DNA from: Catajapyx aquilonaris
Taxonomy: Eukaryota
Length of the DNA: 38,556 bases
Assembly: GCA_000934665.2 (NCBI GenBank)
Contig: KZ538966.1
Location: 1-38,556 of the forward strand
Direction: 5' to 3'
The stretch's first letter is position 1. Each line of letters starts with the position of its first letter. The position numbers and the translations under genes are program-made. Shown here in pieces: positions 11,501 to 24,900 of this stretch. Below the pieces are notes generated by a model. It searched no databases, was not told the origin of the DNA, and saw only the letters and a program-made list of their open reading frames with translations.

Positions 11501-12341
11501 CAAAAACTGTGTGTGACTCCTTAACATGTTGACTAAAAGTTTCACACCCAACTTTTGACATCTGGCAGAAATAATCATCTCTCAACTTGATTATCATGAC
11601 TTCCCACTGCCTGCTGATTGTGAGATACTCTACCATCTTGCTTTTTTCAAGTTTCCATTCCATTTTCCATTTTCAAATAAGCCACAAAGCAGGGCCTCTT
11701 ACTGAAGCTATCAGTTGTTGAAAGATACTCATTAAGTTACCCACCCCATATCACATGGTAACATCGCAAATAATTTAAGAAATTATACCATGGATCAATA
11801 TGAATTAATCAGAGAGTTACATTTTGTGTGCCTGGCAAAATGCACACAAGTAATATCACTGAAAACCAGGAGTCATGAACACATGTGATACATAACATCT
11901 GCACACCACCACATGAAATATTTGGCCCACATGCTGTTATATCTTATGTAGTTGTGACCAATGCTACATATACAGCCATGGGCAAAATGCAACAACCTTG
12001 ACACCCAGCATAAAAAAGTGGGAAGTGTATTTTTACTATCACGTCAGGTGAAGCATTTGAACCATCTCACCAACCTACATAAAAATTAAGTAGTGTATAT
12101 GTAATACAATAGAAATCCATGTTAATGTTAAATAAATTTACATGAATATGTGGCCTGTGACTCCAACAAACATCCCCACAAATAAATCTCCATAAATCCT
12201 CTCTGAAGTATTCATCACATACTATGCACATAACATACTTTACAGCACCTACTAGCATGAACTGCACTCTTAGTGCCCAATTAGTCTGGCATATTGGTAA
12301 TGCTTCCCAAGATATTAATATGACACCTTACCATCCCTATT

Positions 12342-12416
12342 CTAACCTACAACAGCTGATGTAGCCATTTGATTGACACCACAGGTGCCATCTCCTCGAT
12401 AAACTCGGTAATAACC
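12342..12416 (-). CDS. CTSF: Cathepsin F exon 16 (terminal)
   Basis: cttgcag acceptor; [24 protein letters not shown], then TAG. Confidence 0.95.
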   Translation of the reverse strand, partial: GYYRVYRGDGTCGVNQMATSAVVG

Positions 12417-15400
12417 CTGCAAGACAAGAAAGATAGCATCAGATACTACTGTTACATGAAATCTACAGTCCATGAAAACACATTCATTAATGCAACTACA
12501 TAGTGTTACCTGTTCACCCCACTTTGGCCCCCAACTGTTCTTAATCACCCAGAAAGGCAGGGTTTGTTTGAACAAAGGATACTCTGCAAGTGGAAGTGCA
12601 AAGAAAGATTAGAATGGTAAGAAAGACTGCTCACCTTCTCTCCCCATGATGTTCCCCAACTGTTCTTGATTATCCAATATGGCTGTATCTTATGCAAAAA
12701 TCGAGTCTCTGTAAGAGATGCAGGTCACTTTGGTTAGTCATGCACTTGAGAAATTAATTTATGGAGATTAAAGGGTGACACAAAATAGATGTAATTTCAC
12801 AAGGAACAATTGTGACAACGAAAATACACTAGCCTACCTCCTAAGAGTCTGACATTTCCACTTCAACTTGACCACATAATATGGGTTCTTTTTAGCTATA
12901 CAGTATTTATTAGTGGGATTTCCCTCTGCCAGAGTCGGGAAGACCGGGGCACGATGGCTACAGGGACACGATGGCACAGTCAAATTTTTGAAGAGGCTAT
13001 TAGGTTCACGGACATGATGCTTATGTGGTAGGTGCAGATAGACATGCTCCACATTACATCCTATTTTCAATTCAATTGCAAAGACTGTCGGCAGCAGTAC
13101 CGATTTTTTCCATTTTGGACCATTTGAGTAAATTTCAATTTCCTACCAGTATTTCTTTTTTCTTCCAACTGACGTGCTCGATCACTGAGCTCAATAATGC
13201 ATTTGCAAGGCATAATATGCCTACAAAATGACAGCATAAATGGCCATTTAATATTTGTCACTCAAGAGCAGGAGGACTAGAAAGATTTTAAAATGCCTAT
13301 GGGGCACAATGGCACATTTTGTTTGGAGCGCCCTACCCTGTACCTTTGTCATGGACACTTTTTAAACTTCGTTGCATCTCACAGTCAGCCTCCTTGGACT
13401 GGCCCACTCTGCATTGCAGAGTAGCTTTTGCATTTTTCAGATTCTGTCATACTCAGCCTTTGATATTATTGAGTTAATACACTCAACTCCAGATATAAGC
13501 ACTAGAAACCCTCAGTTATAGCCAACTCAATAGGCTGGTCTGGTCCTTTTGGATATAGGAAACCTTGGTAATTGGATACTGATTTCCATGGGGGTTCCCT
13601 CAAAGTCTCTTATATCCAAAATCAATTATTGTATTAGCATCTAACATTTCTGATAACTTCTAAATGCAAATGTTTGTAAGGAATTAATTAGTAAAAAGCA
13701 CGTTAGTACCCCGAAATAGTAAGCACCTCAATTGCAACAGATTGTTTATGCACAGCAGGACGGAAGCAATCACACTGAGTTCTCAAGAAAAATCCATAAC
13801 TATTCCCACCAAACTATAATAGTTTGGTGGGAATAGTAGTTATGGATTTTTCTTGAGAACCCAGTGTGATTGCTTCCGTCCTGCTGTGGATATATACAAT
13901 CTGTTCCAATTGAGGTGCTTACTATTTCAAATGAAAGGCATTGAGTTAACCAAGTCTTCATTCAGCATAATTTCCCTCAATAAATATGCTACATATGATG
14001 GTGTTACGGGGGGAAATCAGGTAGTAAGAAAATTATAGGAAAATTACATGTACGTACTGTGAATTCCATATCCCACAATAAGGACACCATGGTCCAAGTT
14101 TGCAGGATTGCAGAGAAACTTCAGTGGATGGGAGACACCTCCAAAGTAAAACTGAAATCATAAATAGCTATTGCATTGAGAGACATCACCATTATGGTGA
14201 CTAATATAGACAATATAGAAATCTCATATACTGTACTTTTCATGACACTAAATTCTTTTGAGAAAAAATAATATCCAGGCCTACTTGGTACTTGCAATCA
14301 GTACTTCTCACTTGTGGAAAGTTTTAAAACGTGCATGTCACAGGTCAGACATAAGGCGCAATGAGATGGAGGGTGACAGTCACTGTCATTCAGCACAAAT
14401 CACAAGAATGCCATGCACTGATTATTAGTGGGAGCCGAAAAGAAACTGCCTCCTGTCCCCCTCTTTACTTGGGCTGAAAAATACTTTTGAATTGTTCCAA
14501 AATCTTACATCCCTAACTATCACCCTATCAAAGCCCATTAGTGAGACTGATTATTATCATCATCAGTTTGTAACATTACACAACACATATGGCATAACAT
14601 CCTCACCTGCATTGCATTTGCATTTATGCCAATAGATATGGGTCCATTAGCGACAAGCCACATTGCCATTTCCGTCTCATTCTTGGAAATCTCCAGGAAA
14701 TCAGTCACATTAGCCTTCACGCGAGATGCATCAAAATGACACTTTTCGTCATCTCCCTCATATGGGTAATCATTTTCTGTTTCCAGTCCTCCTAGCTTCT
14801 CAATAGCCTTGTATGCATTTTCAGGAAGCCCACCCCGACAGCCTTCATCAAGTGTGTCACAGTCCACCAATTCTGCGAAGAAGGTTTGCATAGCCACACA
14901 ACTGCACACTTACTTGTAATGGAGTCACATGCACCTCAAAACACTAACCTTGTTCAGAAAAGCTTAGAAGTTTCTTGTGATGAATTGAGTACTGGCCTTC
15001 AATGTTTCCAGTGACAGAAAATGCCCAACAGGAACCGCAAAAACCTTGATTCTTTATAGGAGTCACAGCATTGTATGCCCTCCAGTCAAACGACTTTGGG
15101 AGTTTCACACTTGGAATAGCAGCCTGGGTGGAAACTTGATCATTTGGCTTTAATTCAGGTCTCAGGCCTAATAACTGACGGAATTCTTTGGCTGAAAGAT
15201 TACAATGTTTTAGAGCCTGAGGTAGTACACATGGATTAGATATTCTTACATGTCAGGTCAAAAAATTGTGTAGCTCCATACTTTGCTGTTCCTTGCTCAT
15301 TTTCTTGCAATATGGCCACCTTTCGCATGTTGGCACGGAATATTTTAAAACGATACTGATATTCCTTTTCAGAAGTGTATGTTTTTTTATATTTCTTAAC

Positions 15401-18400
15401 CAACTGCTTGAAGGCACCAATATGGCCCAAATCATGACCATCCTGACCCAACATTCTCTTTTGTTTCTGAAACAAGAAAGGTAGAGAATAATTCTTGCTC
15501 TGCAAAGTAATGGCATTCCAGTGTAAATGAATACAAACAGAGATCAGATCAGATTATGCAATGTGATGGTATTTTGATATTCTCACCACAGATACATGTT
15601 TCTTCTCTGGTGTACATGACATGTTGGTGACACGCATGTCATTAAGCCAAGGCCTGTCCCAGATGGTCACAGTACACAGCTGCAGTGACTGAAAGAAAAT
15701 AAAATTACATTAGGCCTTGCCTTTCAAGTTCACTCACAGGAAGTACCTTGTTCTTAACAGTAAGGTTTTTGTTAGGCCTGTGTTTGTAGATTTAGAAAAA
15801 TCATATGACACAGTTGGTAAAGAAAGTTTGTGGGAAGTGGAGATTTTGCAAAGGTGTAATCTGTAATGTTCAAGAGATTGTCATGGATAAGATATTCTAA
15901 GATAGTTTGGCTATGTGAAGAGGAAGGAGGAAGAATAAATTGTCACAAAGACTCATTAAGGTTGAGTTGTTGGTAAGGAGGGTAAGGGCAGGCCTAGGAA
16001 GACATGGATAGATCAGGTGCCCAAGTATCACAAGTGTAAAGGAGGTTTCACAAAAAGATTTTGCGGCAGTGTCAAGCGGTGCGTGTAACTCGTCGCAGTG
16101 CAGTTCACATAAAATTTTTGCTGTGTCGCAGGGCTTTGGGCGCGACAAATATGCCGGGCGGCGAGAACAGGCAGGCCACAATTTGCTTCGCGTTTTACAT
16201 GCCCCAGCCAATGGGAAAGCGTGGATGTCGGTCACGCGGTGCTCCTGCTTCTCCAGCATCTTTCATTTCCTGTCCCTGCCCGTGGGGGATGCCAGGTGTC
16301 GTAGGGGTCTGTAGCATCGTAACTCTTTTTGTGTTTGGACACGCGGCGAACAGAGGTGATGTGTTATTTTTGAAGGGACATGAATATGCTACGCGCCTTT
16401 TTTTTGTGAAACCCGCTTAAGGGCGAATCTAGTTTAAATCTAAGAGGGACTTGACCTCTTTGCTACGAGATAGGCCTGAACCACATAGATTTCGCCTTAC
16501 GCGTACTCCGAAGATACGCACAAAATATTTTACAAATAATAACAGCTATACTTATCCAATCAGGGAGAACACTATGAATGTGTCTGGAACAATAATTTTA
16601 CTCGTCTAGAAGTTTCTAAATAAATGTATTATTATTTGTTATTATTTGTCAAATATCTTGTGCGTATCTTCGAAGTACATGTAAGCCGAAATCTATGTGG
16701 TTCGGGGCCATTCAGTAGCGAAAGGGTTAAGCAACACCATGAATATGCATATGAAAACTCCAAAGGGAATTGACATTAAGTTTGATAGATATTAACCTAC
16801 TTAATTATAAACTACCAACCTGAGTCTGGTCAACTGGACATGATGCAATGTCTTCCTGCTTATTCTTAGCACAATTTGTAAATCCAACCTCCATAGTCAC
16901 AGTGACCTTGTAACCTTGAACAATCTGCAAAAAAAACAAAGGAAATGGTGAGTCAATGTTGGCAGCCATGTCTGACTGTGAGTACAGGAAGTCTGGTATA
17001 TGAATGGGAATATGCTCCTGAAAATGTCTAAGTCAGATTTTTTTTTTTAAAGACATTTTTTAAAAATTTTGTAATGCCCAGTGATTGGGTCAGGGGNNNG
17101 GGGGGGGGGGGGGGTGGAATACCATCATTTTTTTCAATCGATTTGTATGAAATTTTTTCTTCAATTCCCCAAGAAAGGACATGAAGTAGGGACGGGGATT
17201 TCTGGGAAAGAGACATGGGTGATGGTGCAATGTCGTTATGCTGGGGTGATGTGCAATCCCCCAGGAGGTTAGGTTGCCAGACACCTCCAAGGTGCTGCTC
17301 CGAGACCCTCCTGAAGCAGGCGAAAGGGAACTCCCGGGCAGGGTTCGAACCCAGGACCTTCAGCTCAGCAAGCCAAGCGTTACCGACTCGGCCACCACAC
17401 CTCCCAGTCATGTCTAAGTCAGATTTACATGTAACTCAGATTCTTGATGAACAGAGCATGTATGGCAATAATAATAGCTGCTAGCGTAAATATGCTGCAT
17501 GAACTGCTTACGCCATGCGCATTTGTTTACATGCGTGGAAGTAGTTCCCAAATTATAAATTTAATCGTACAGTATTAATGTTGCACTTGGTGTCAGTCAA
17601 TGTATGCATCAATGATTGAGAGTGGAGGGAACATTATAAATTATAATTATGGGGAGTTTTGGGAGGTCCTTCGTAAGTACGGATCACCATAACTCGGGTT
17701 GTTTGTAAACCAGGGACTTCTGAACATATCCACCAATGAAAGACATACCAGTAAAGATGATTGTTGGCCTCTGTCACTACCCTGATTTCATGAAACTATT
17801 TTTTCATGAAAGCCCATACTCTGCCTATCAATTAGAGCTTATTTCAAATCTGGCTGCAAATACACTTGGAAGGAAACTACAGAAACTCAGAAAAAAATGT
17901 TAAGACTGAAGGCCCATTCAGACCATGTCGCTCTCAATGTCATGTATCTAATGCATGTGCAACTTTTTTGTTGGCAGAAAGCATGTGATCCAGAAGCATC
18001 ACCTGAACCATGCTGTGAATTCCAGCTTGCAGCTCCCCTGACTGAATTAAACCTGGAACTATCTAGTTCCAACATTCCCACCAGACATTGATCAACCCCA
18101 CTCACTTCTCTCTCCTCAAATCTCCCCCACACCTACACCTTGCAGCCAGGTGGATGCGTGAGTTGGGCACACAATTTAAAACATTCTTTAGAGGCGGCAT
18201 GTTGGCTGTGTACACTGCTCAGGCAGGGTGCAGCATTTATCAGACAGGTTCAGGGTCAGAATGCTGCTAGGTAACTCCAAGATGGTGGAGCAGGCACGGC
18301 TGTGCCACTTGGCAGCAACTGAATTACAGACCACGAAGCTATGGGGAACAGAGGACCCCAGAGGTGGAAGGCAGTGATGTCAGCCACTACACCACCAATC

Positions 18401-21400
18401 AGTGAGCCTGACTCCATTCACAAAGCTAACTTGTGATTACCAGAATGCTAGTGCTTATGAATGCCCACAAAACAGCAAGACTTACTTGCTTGGTTGCTCC
18501 AATAATCGTAACTAGTTTCATTTGGTACATGGAGTTAGAAGCTCCATTTACACGTTTCATTGCATGTTCAGCATACTTCTGGATGGAGTCATCATTTGGA
18601 TTCACTTCTTGCACTCCGCCAGCCTAAAATGCAAACCATTTAGTATGTAACACCAGACACCAAACCCAATATACTTGGATGCTCACTAAGAGGCTTCGTC
18701 GCTGCCTCTTATGCTTCAAAAGCTTGGTTGGCTCTTCATCCTTGGGGCCACACATGGAATTAACAAGTCGTTCCTGCTTGGGTAGCCATGGCTGAACCAA
18801 AAATTGAATATTGCACTCCAGAATAGGTGGAACTAGATCATTCATGCAAGAATTACTTAGCAAATTGCCCTCCTTGCAAGTGCTGTTACCCACTTCAAGC
18901 TTCAAATGGTACAAAAATCCTGCCATGACCTATAAAAAAATTGTCATATTTCAAGCCATGTCAATAACACAACATAATAAAGGCTGACTCTTTTAAAACA
19001 CAACCAACACATTTGACTGCAGATTGTGAATAGTTAGGCAAAATGTATCAGTAATATATGGAGTCATGCCTTGTCTCAAGCTTAACCCGCCACCTACAGC
19101 AAGTGTACTACACATATAGGGCTACCAGTAAATAATCGCCTTTTATATTTCTGTGCATAAGTTCACTTACTGGAACATTACAGTACAGTGCTGGACATAT
19201 TAGCAGTCCCTAAATGTTTACTTAGTCGCCAAGTAATGCCAGCGCTGCCAATGCCAAAAATAAACACTTAAGGACTGCTAATATGTCCAGCACTGTACAT
19301 ACGCATTTCATACTCCATAGGCCTACATCATGAGGTCGTCTAAGACCAAGGCAGTTACAGTGGATGTTCTTCCATTATTTCTTGCTGTTGTTGAGACATC
19401 AACAATAGTTATGTTGTAGCTAGTGATGCCTCTAATTTAGTTCGAAGCGCAGAAAGAGGAGCTTGAAAAGTGCAGTAACACTTGAAGAGCTTGGGTGCAA
19501 AAGTGCCTACTATCCATTTATTTAATACTAGCAGGTTACCCGGCGTTGCCCGGGTATGTTGGGGTGCTGGTAAAGATAGGGGTACATATATTTTAGGAAG
19601 TTTGTTTGTAAAGTTTGTGTTCCATCCACTCGAAACTTGATATGCCTTAAAACAGGCCTTATAAGTAACAATTAGCCAAAGTTTGTCACTATTTGTGATA
19701 GATTACCTCCTTCAGTCATAGCGTAGTCGACGCAGATATGCTGATTGGATGCATAGAAAGAGGGATGCAGATAGATTTGGCCCAGAAAAATTCTGTGCAG
19801 CCATGTGTTATTTCCGTCGATACATTCGCAAAGTAATTCGGATTATAAACAGCCGAGATAACAGCGGTGTGCAATTAACTTAATTATGGTTGCAGGAATG
19901 GTGATCTCAATGTTTCAAATCTATCATTAGATACACAAAGATGTGCACTATCGAGGGTTCACAGGTGGATTTTTTTGGCCTCCTGAAAGTGTCATTAAAA
20001 ATTCACTTTGCGGGGTAACGTCAGCAACTAGTCAAAAAATGACACTTTTCCGCCTTCTTTTTACAATAAAAAATTAGAGACTGACGATAGGAAAACACCT
20101 CGCATATATGTAACATGGATTTAAACAAGCTTTCTAACGATACATACCATTATTTTTTTTAAATAATTTGCCTGGGAGTTGTTTAGAGTCAAACACAGGG
20201 CTCTATATTAAATAAACGGATAGCAGGCACTTTTGCACCCGAGCTCTTCACTTATGCCACCATGTTGACTGGTTAGTCCTTAGAAAATGGAGTGGAGGGA
20301 CTGGAAGATTGAAAGTAAAATTTGTCAAGTGATTTACAGCAGCCATTCCCGAATGGTGATGCTGATGGGGGAAGATGGCATAAAACTATGGTGTGTTCAT
20401 TTTATGGATCAAAAAAATTACATGCTTTTCTCAGGTAAAACAGGCAAAACCCTACTCTATACTGGCTGATCCCACCTTACACCAGCATGTCAGTGTAGCC
20501 ACCAGACATGTTTTCTCAAATCTGGTCAACCTCATTTTTACCGACATATTGCAGATTGCAAGGTAATATGGTAATAGTCAACTCAGGATAACACAGGATT
20601 GATTTTTTTAGACAATTTCAATATGAACTGACAAATGCAATTCATGATCAGCAGCCAAATAATATGTTAAGCTACTTTTCAAATGACTCGACCTGCAGTT
20701 ATACTGACCTTTTCCTTCGCCTTCACTATATTCAGGACCACTCGAGCTCTGTCATCTTCATCAATTTCATCCAAAAGTTTCATGGCCTTCTCAGAATAGT
20801 GCTTCAATGTGTCATTGTCCACTGAAACTTCATGCCACTGCCCATCATTCACCTTGGCACTTCTTTCTTCGCGTTGTATGTCCTCATCCTCTGTTTGCTG
20901 GTTACAGTCTTCCCAGGTCACCACTTGGGATTTCTCCCAAGAGCATTCTAAAATATCCACCATGCATGTGACTGGCTTGTGGGTTTCATCCAAAGGACAT
21001 GAGTTGCGATCCTCGCCAGAACGGCATACTGTGTCCCCCAGCTCCAGGGTGAGTGTGTATTTAATCCCAGAAACAACCTACCAAAGGAAATGCTGCTATA
21101 CAGAGATATGTGGCAATATTAGCCTATTTAAATTTTAGATGGTAAACATTCCCTGTCTCATGGCACATAAAATTAATTAAGAGCATGGTCCTGTGATTCA
21201 GGTCACAGACTACCACTTCTGAGATCTTTAGTTCAATCCCCATATTAAGCAATTGATTTTTTTATGTCGGGGATATTTTTGATGGATATTCTGTGTGTTA
21301 GGGTGCGTTTAGCTTATTTTGGGACACTCTTCGTACGTAAGCGCAGGTCTTTAGTTAGCATCCTTTTTAGAAATCACCATATACAGTGGAGCATCAATTA

Positions 21401-21867
21401 TCCGAACACCGATCAACCGAACCATCGGTTAACCGAATGTTTTTGGGTCGGCAAAAAAGCCGAGCCTCGGCTCTCAAGAAAAAGAAATTGACCTTTTCCC
21501 CCCCAAAACTGTACGACTACTTCATGTAAGGACAGTAAGGTATATGTACAGTATTTTTAAGACGTGCCTGTGACAGAAAATTTACAGTTTTGTGGTTAAT
21601 ATCACTGTTTCTTAGTTTCATATTGCTCCTATGACACCGGTACAATTTTTTTCGATCATCCGAACAATCAGTTATCCGAACAACCCCTTGGCAGACTCTG
21701 TTCGGATAATCGATGCTCCACTGTACTAATATCTAAATTAACTGAAGCAGTTTGGTGGAGTGGATAAGGTGTTCGACTGATGCTAATCGGGAGGTCCTGT
21801 CCCCTGCACCGGATGGTGGTATTCCACTCCCCTAACAGGGCCTAGGGCCCTAGCGCAGGGTACAACC

Positions 21868-21929
<62 letters not shown>

Positions 21930-24900
21930 CAATAACAATAATAATAATCTAAATTCACCTGGATTGTGTACTTGAATATTTAGACCCACTGCATAGGCAC
22001 CATTGAAGGCAGCCTATCGATTGAGCATGAAATGGCTGTTATTCATTGTTGGCAACAATCATGTCCGAACCTCGAAAATTGTTCACAAATCTGGGACAAT
22101 TATTTTTGTCACACTTGAATGCAATTAATATGCGCAGACATGACTTTCTATGGTAGAGAACAAGTTCATGAATCAAATAAAATACCTAATCATGATATCA
22201 GTCACATCTGATCAGATTGGTTGATGATTAAATCATGCGTTTTTTTTTTGCTAAAAAGTTTAAATTTTTAATTATCAGCAGTATCATTTTTGCACTGTCT
22301 GTTTGGCTGCTCCAAACTGGTTCCAAAAACCCTGGAGATGTCCATTTAGCTCTGGTGTAAGCCTTGCGGCTACACCAGGTTGCATCTGTTTGGGGATCAG
22401 AACTAGTTTGGTTACTAAACTTTCACCAGGTCCAGAGGTGGTGGAAAAGGGGAGTGGCCATATCAAATATGGCAGTGGTTGAGGTTGGAAATTCAGATTT
22501 CCAAGGTACAGTTGAGACTAAGAAGGTGGGAGTCACCGGTCCACAAGGTTAGTTCTCGTACTGGTGGCGGTCAAGAGGCAAAAGGATATAGCAAAGGGCC
22601 ACTTACTAACAAGCAAGCCACACACACACACACTTACTCAAGTTCAGTGTTTAATAATCTTGGACGCTGGCTTCCAGAATCCAAATGGAACTCCGAAGTG
22701 AGTCAGTCGCCCAATTCCTCAATGTTTAAGGACAATTTGCAATTGTGCAGTAAGCAAGTCTTCCGTAAGACCTTCGGAGTGCGTTAGTGTTGTGTATTGG
22801 CAGCCAGTAAGAAAGGAGTCTGTTGATGAACAAGCAGATGTACTGTACCAAGTACACGTGAAAGATGAGTCCAGAGATCCATTAATTAATTCCATTAATT
22901 CTGTGACAGGTTAGAGCACTGCAGCCAACAGAAGGCTCATTTCGGTTGGTTTTGCCTCTCATGGTTGGCCTTTTTGGATTGGCCTTCTCTTCCCACAGGG
23001 TTTTTTTTTATTTTTGAAGGTTACCACCTTGCCACCCCTTACGGGGTATTCGGGGGGGGGGGTCATCTGCACCCTACGAGGTGTGCATTAGGCAACAGTG
23101 TTGGTAAACAGGTTGGAAATTTACAATGGGAGCCTAAGGGCTGCTCCAGAACTAGTTCAGAGCAGAAAAATGTACAGCACTAAGATTGATGAGTTACCCT
23201 AATTTACATGCTTTCAGGTAAAAAACATTTACTATTTTATCAATTGGTTTGGTTAAAATAAATGAAAATAACTTATTCAACATATGGGTGCACAGTCTAA
23301 GTCAGTGGTTCCCAACCTTTTCAGGCCTTCACACCCCTTTGAGAGCAGTTGGTCCTTCTCATACCCCCTACCAGGATGACAGATTTACCAAATCCTTGAC
23401 ATTTAACAAATCCGTGATAATCGTAATAACTACCGTATAATCAACATTATTTTTGGGACCAGGAATATGATGAAGCGAAAGAAAATTAAGTAATTTTTTC
23501 GATTATAATCCAGCTATATTATCCTTTGTGCAAGCCACTTATCGGTTATGCTATGTCCAAAATTGCTCGGTTTGGACTCAGGGGCACTTAGCTCCGTACC
23601 CCAAGGAGGGGCACCTCGCACCCTCTGGGTACACCCTCTGGGAGTACGGGTACCCCTGGTTGGGAACCCCTGGTCTAAGCGTTGGTGAAATGGGAGCTGC
23701 ACGTGCCTGATCATGACCATTGTTCACCATGTCATTACAGAGCTGCACCAGTAAACTGATTTCACTCTAGGGGCAGGGAGCAGATGAGGACTCACTTTTT
23801 GCTCACTTGCATGGAACAGTTTTAACCCCTTGACAGAAGTATCTTTCAGCCTGGCATCAGAGGCATGGCAAAAAAATCCTACCTGATTTGCAGTGATTCT
23901 TTCTGTTCTAGAGTTTCGCCACATGACATTAGTAAAAAAAAGGACAAGTGTCAGGGAGTTCCATGTTTTGTCTTGAGACCCAATCTTCATTCAAAATTGA
24001 TCAGAGAATCATTTGTGGTTTCCAGATACAGCTATTTTATCATAATCCAATTCAGTGATTATTCAGTTAATGCACAATGAAAAACATCCCTTAGCTTAAA
24101 TGTATTGGTGTATCATCTACCTTCAGTGATGCAACCAAACCGGTCTTGTAGGTCAATTTCACACATGAGCAAGTGCCAATCATAGTTTTTCTGCCTCCTC
24201 CAGGACTAACCTGAGTAACGGCATTCACAATCCTCGTGACTTTCCGGATATTTCCATCTACAGCATTATCCAGAGTCTCAACTGCAAAATCAGCCAATTC
24301 CCGAAACTTTGGGTCATTAGGGTCACTTTGAACAGGACAACCAGCACAGACAGCTCGCTCAGCCACAATCAGCTCCTCCGTCACAGGCTCCCTAAACAAA
24401 CACACAAATGTCAATATAAAATATAAGCCTAATGCACTGTAGGTAAATAAACAGGCTTGTGGTGTGTGCACCTTCAGTGCAGTGCACGTGATAGATGTAG
24501 CCGAGGCTAACATGAAGAGAAAGGGTACTGTACTGAAAGGTACTGTTCATCTTTTTTTTAAAAAAAATGGCAAATGATGTTAGACACAAGCCTCACTTGA
24601 GAAAATGTTCCCTGGAGCCAGAGAAAGGTATTTGTCCTCAGCACAGGAAGGGTGGGTGGGGTGAACACCCCTTAATTAAAATCAGGGGTGTGGTAATCGA
24701 ACGTGCATCAACTGATGGATTATTTCGGTTTATGTGTATTTTCCGCATAATTCGACACGGCTGTGCTGAGACGAATGGTGACCATCCCCCATATATGGCA
24801 GTCACGTAATTTGTCCCATACTTAAACCGAAATAATCCGTCAGTTGAAGCACTTTTGACATTTCTCCCTCCTACCATTTTGAGTTGTTTTTGGCCAACAA

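Noticed and set aside
12417..12509. 93-nt last intron is in frame and stop-free (ORF 12342-12575 reads through it)
   Set aside because: It has good splice sites, and retention would insert 31 aa into the conserved WGEQ-GY core; plausibly chance.
12594..12747. AAGTGCA / TGCACTT inverted pair flanking exon 15a as a docking-selector stem
   Set aside because: Only 7 bp, expected by chance; it would need covariation evidence across species.
17330..17405. tRNA genes here, at 26715-26790 and at 27613-27690
   Set aside because: A and B boxes are present, but each continues into a body and tail bounded by a TSD, so these are SINE heads.
19483..19527. Hammerhead-ribozyme-like TGAAGA...AAAA in the palindrome arm, and other CTGATGA hits
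   Set aside because: No complete CUGANGA / stem II / GAAA core with flanking stems could be built.
21783..21989. Poly-Leu ORF, and the poly-Tyr ORF at 27543-27932
   Set aside because: Translations of (AAT)n / (TTA)n SINE tails.
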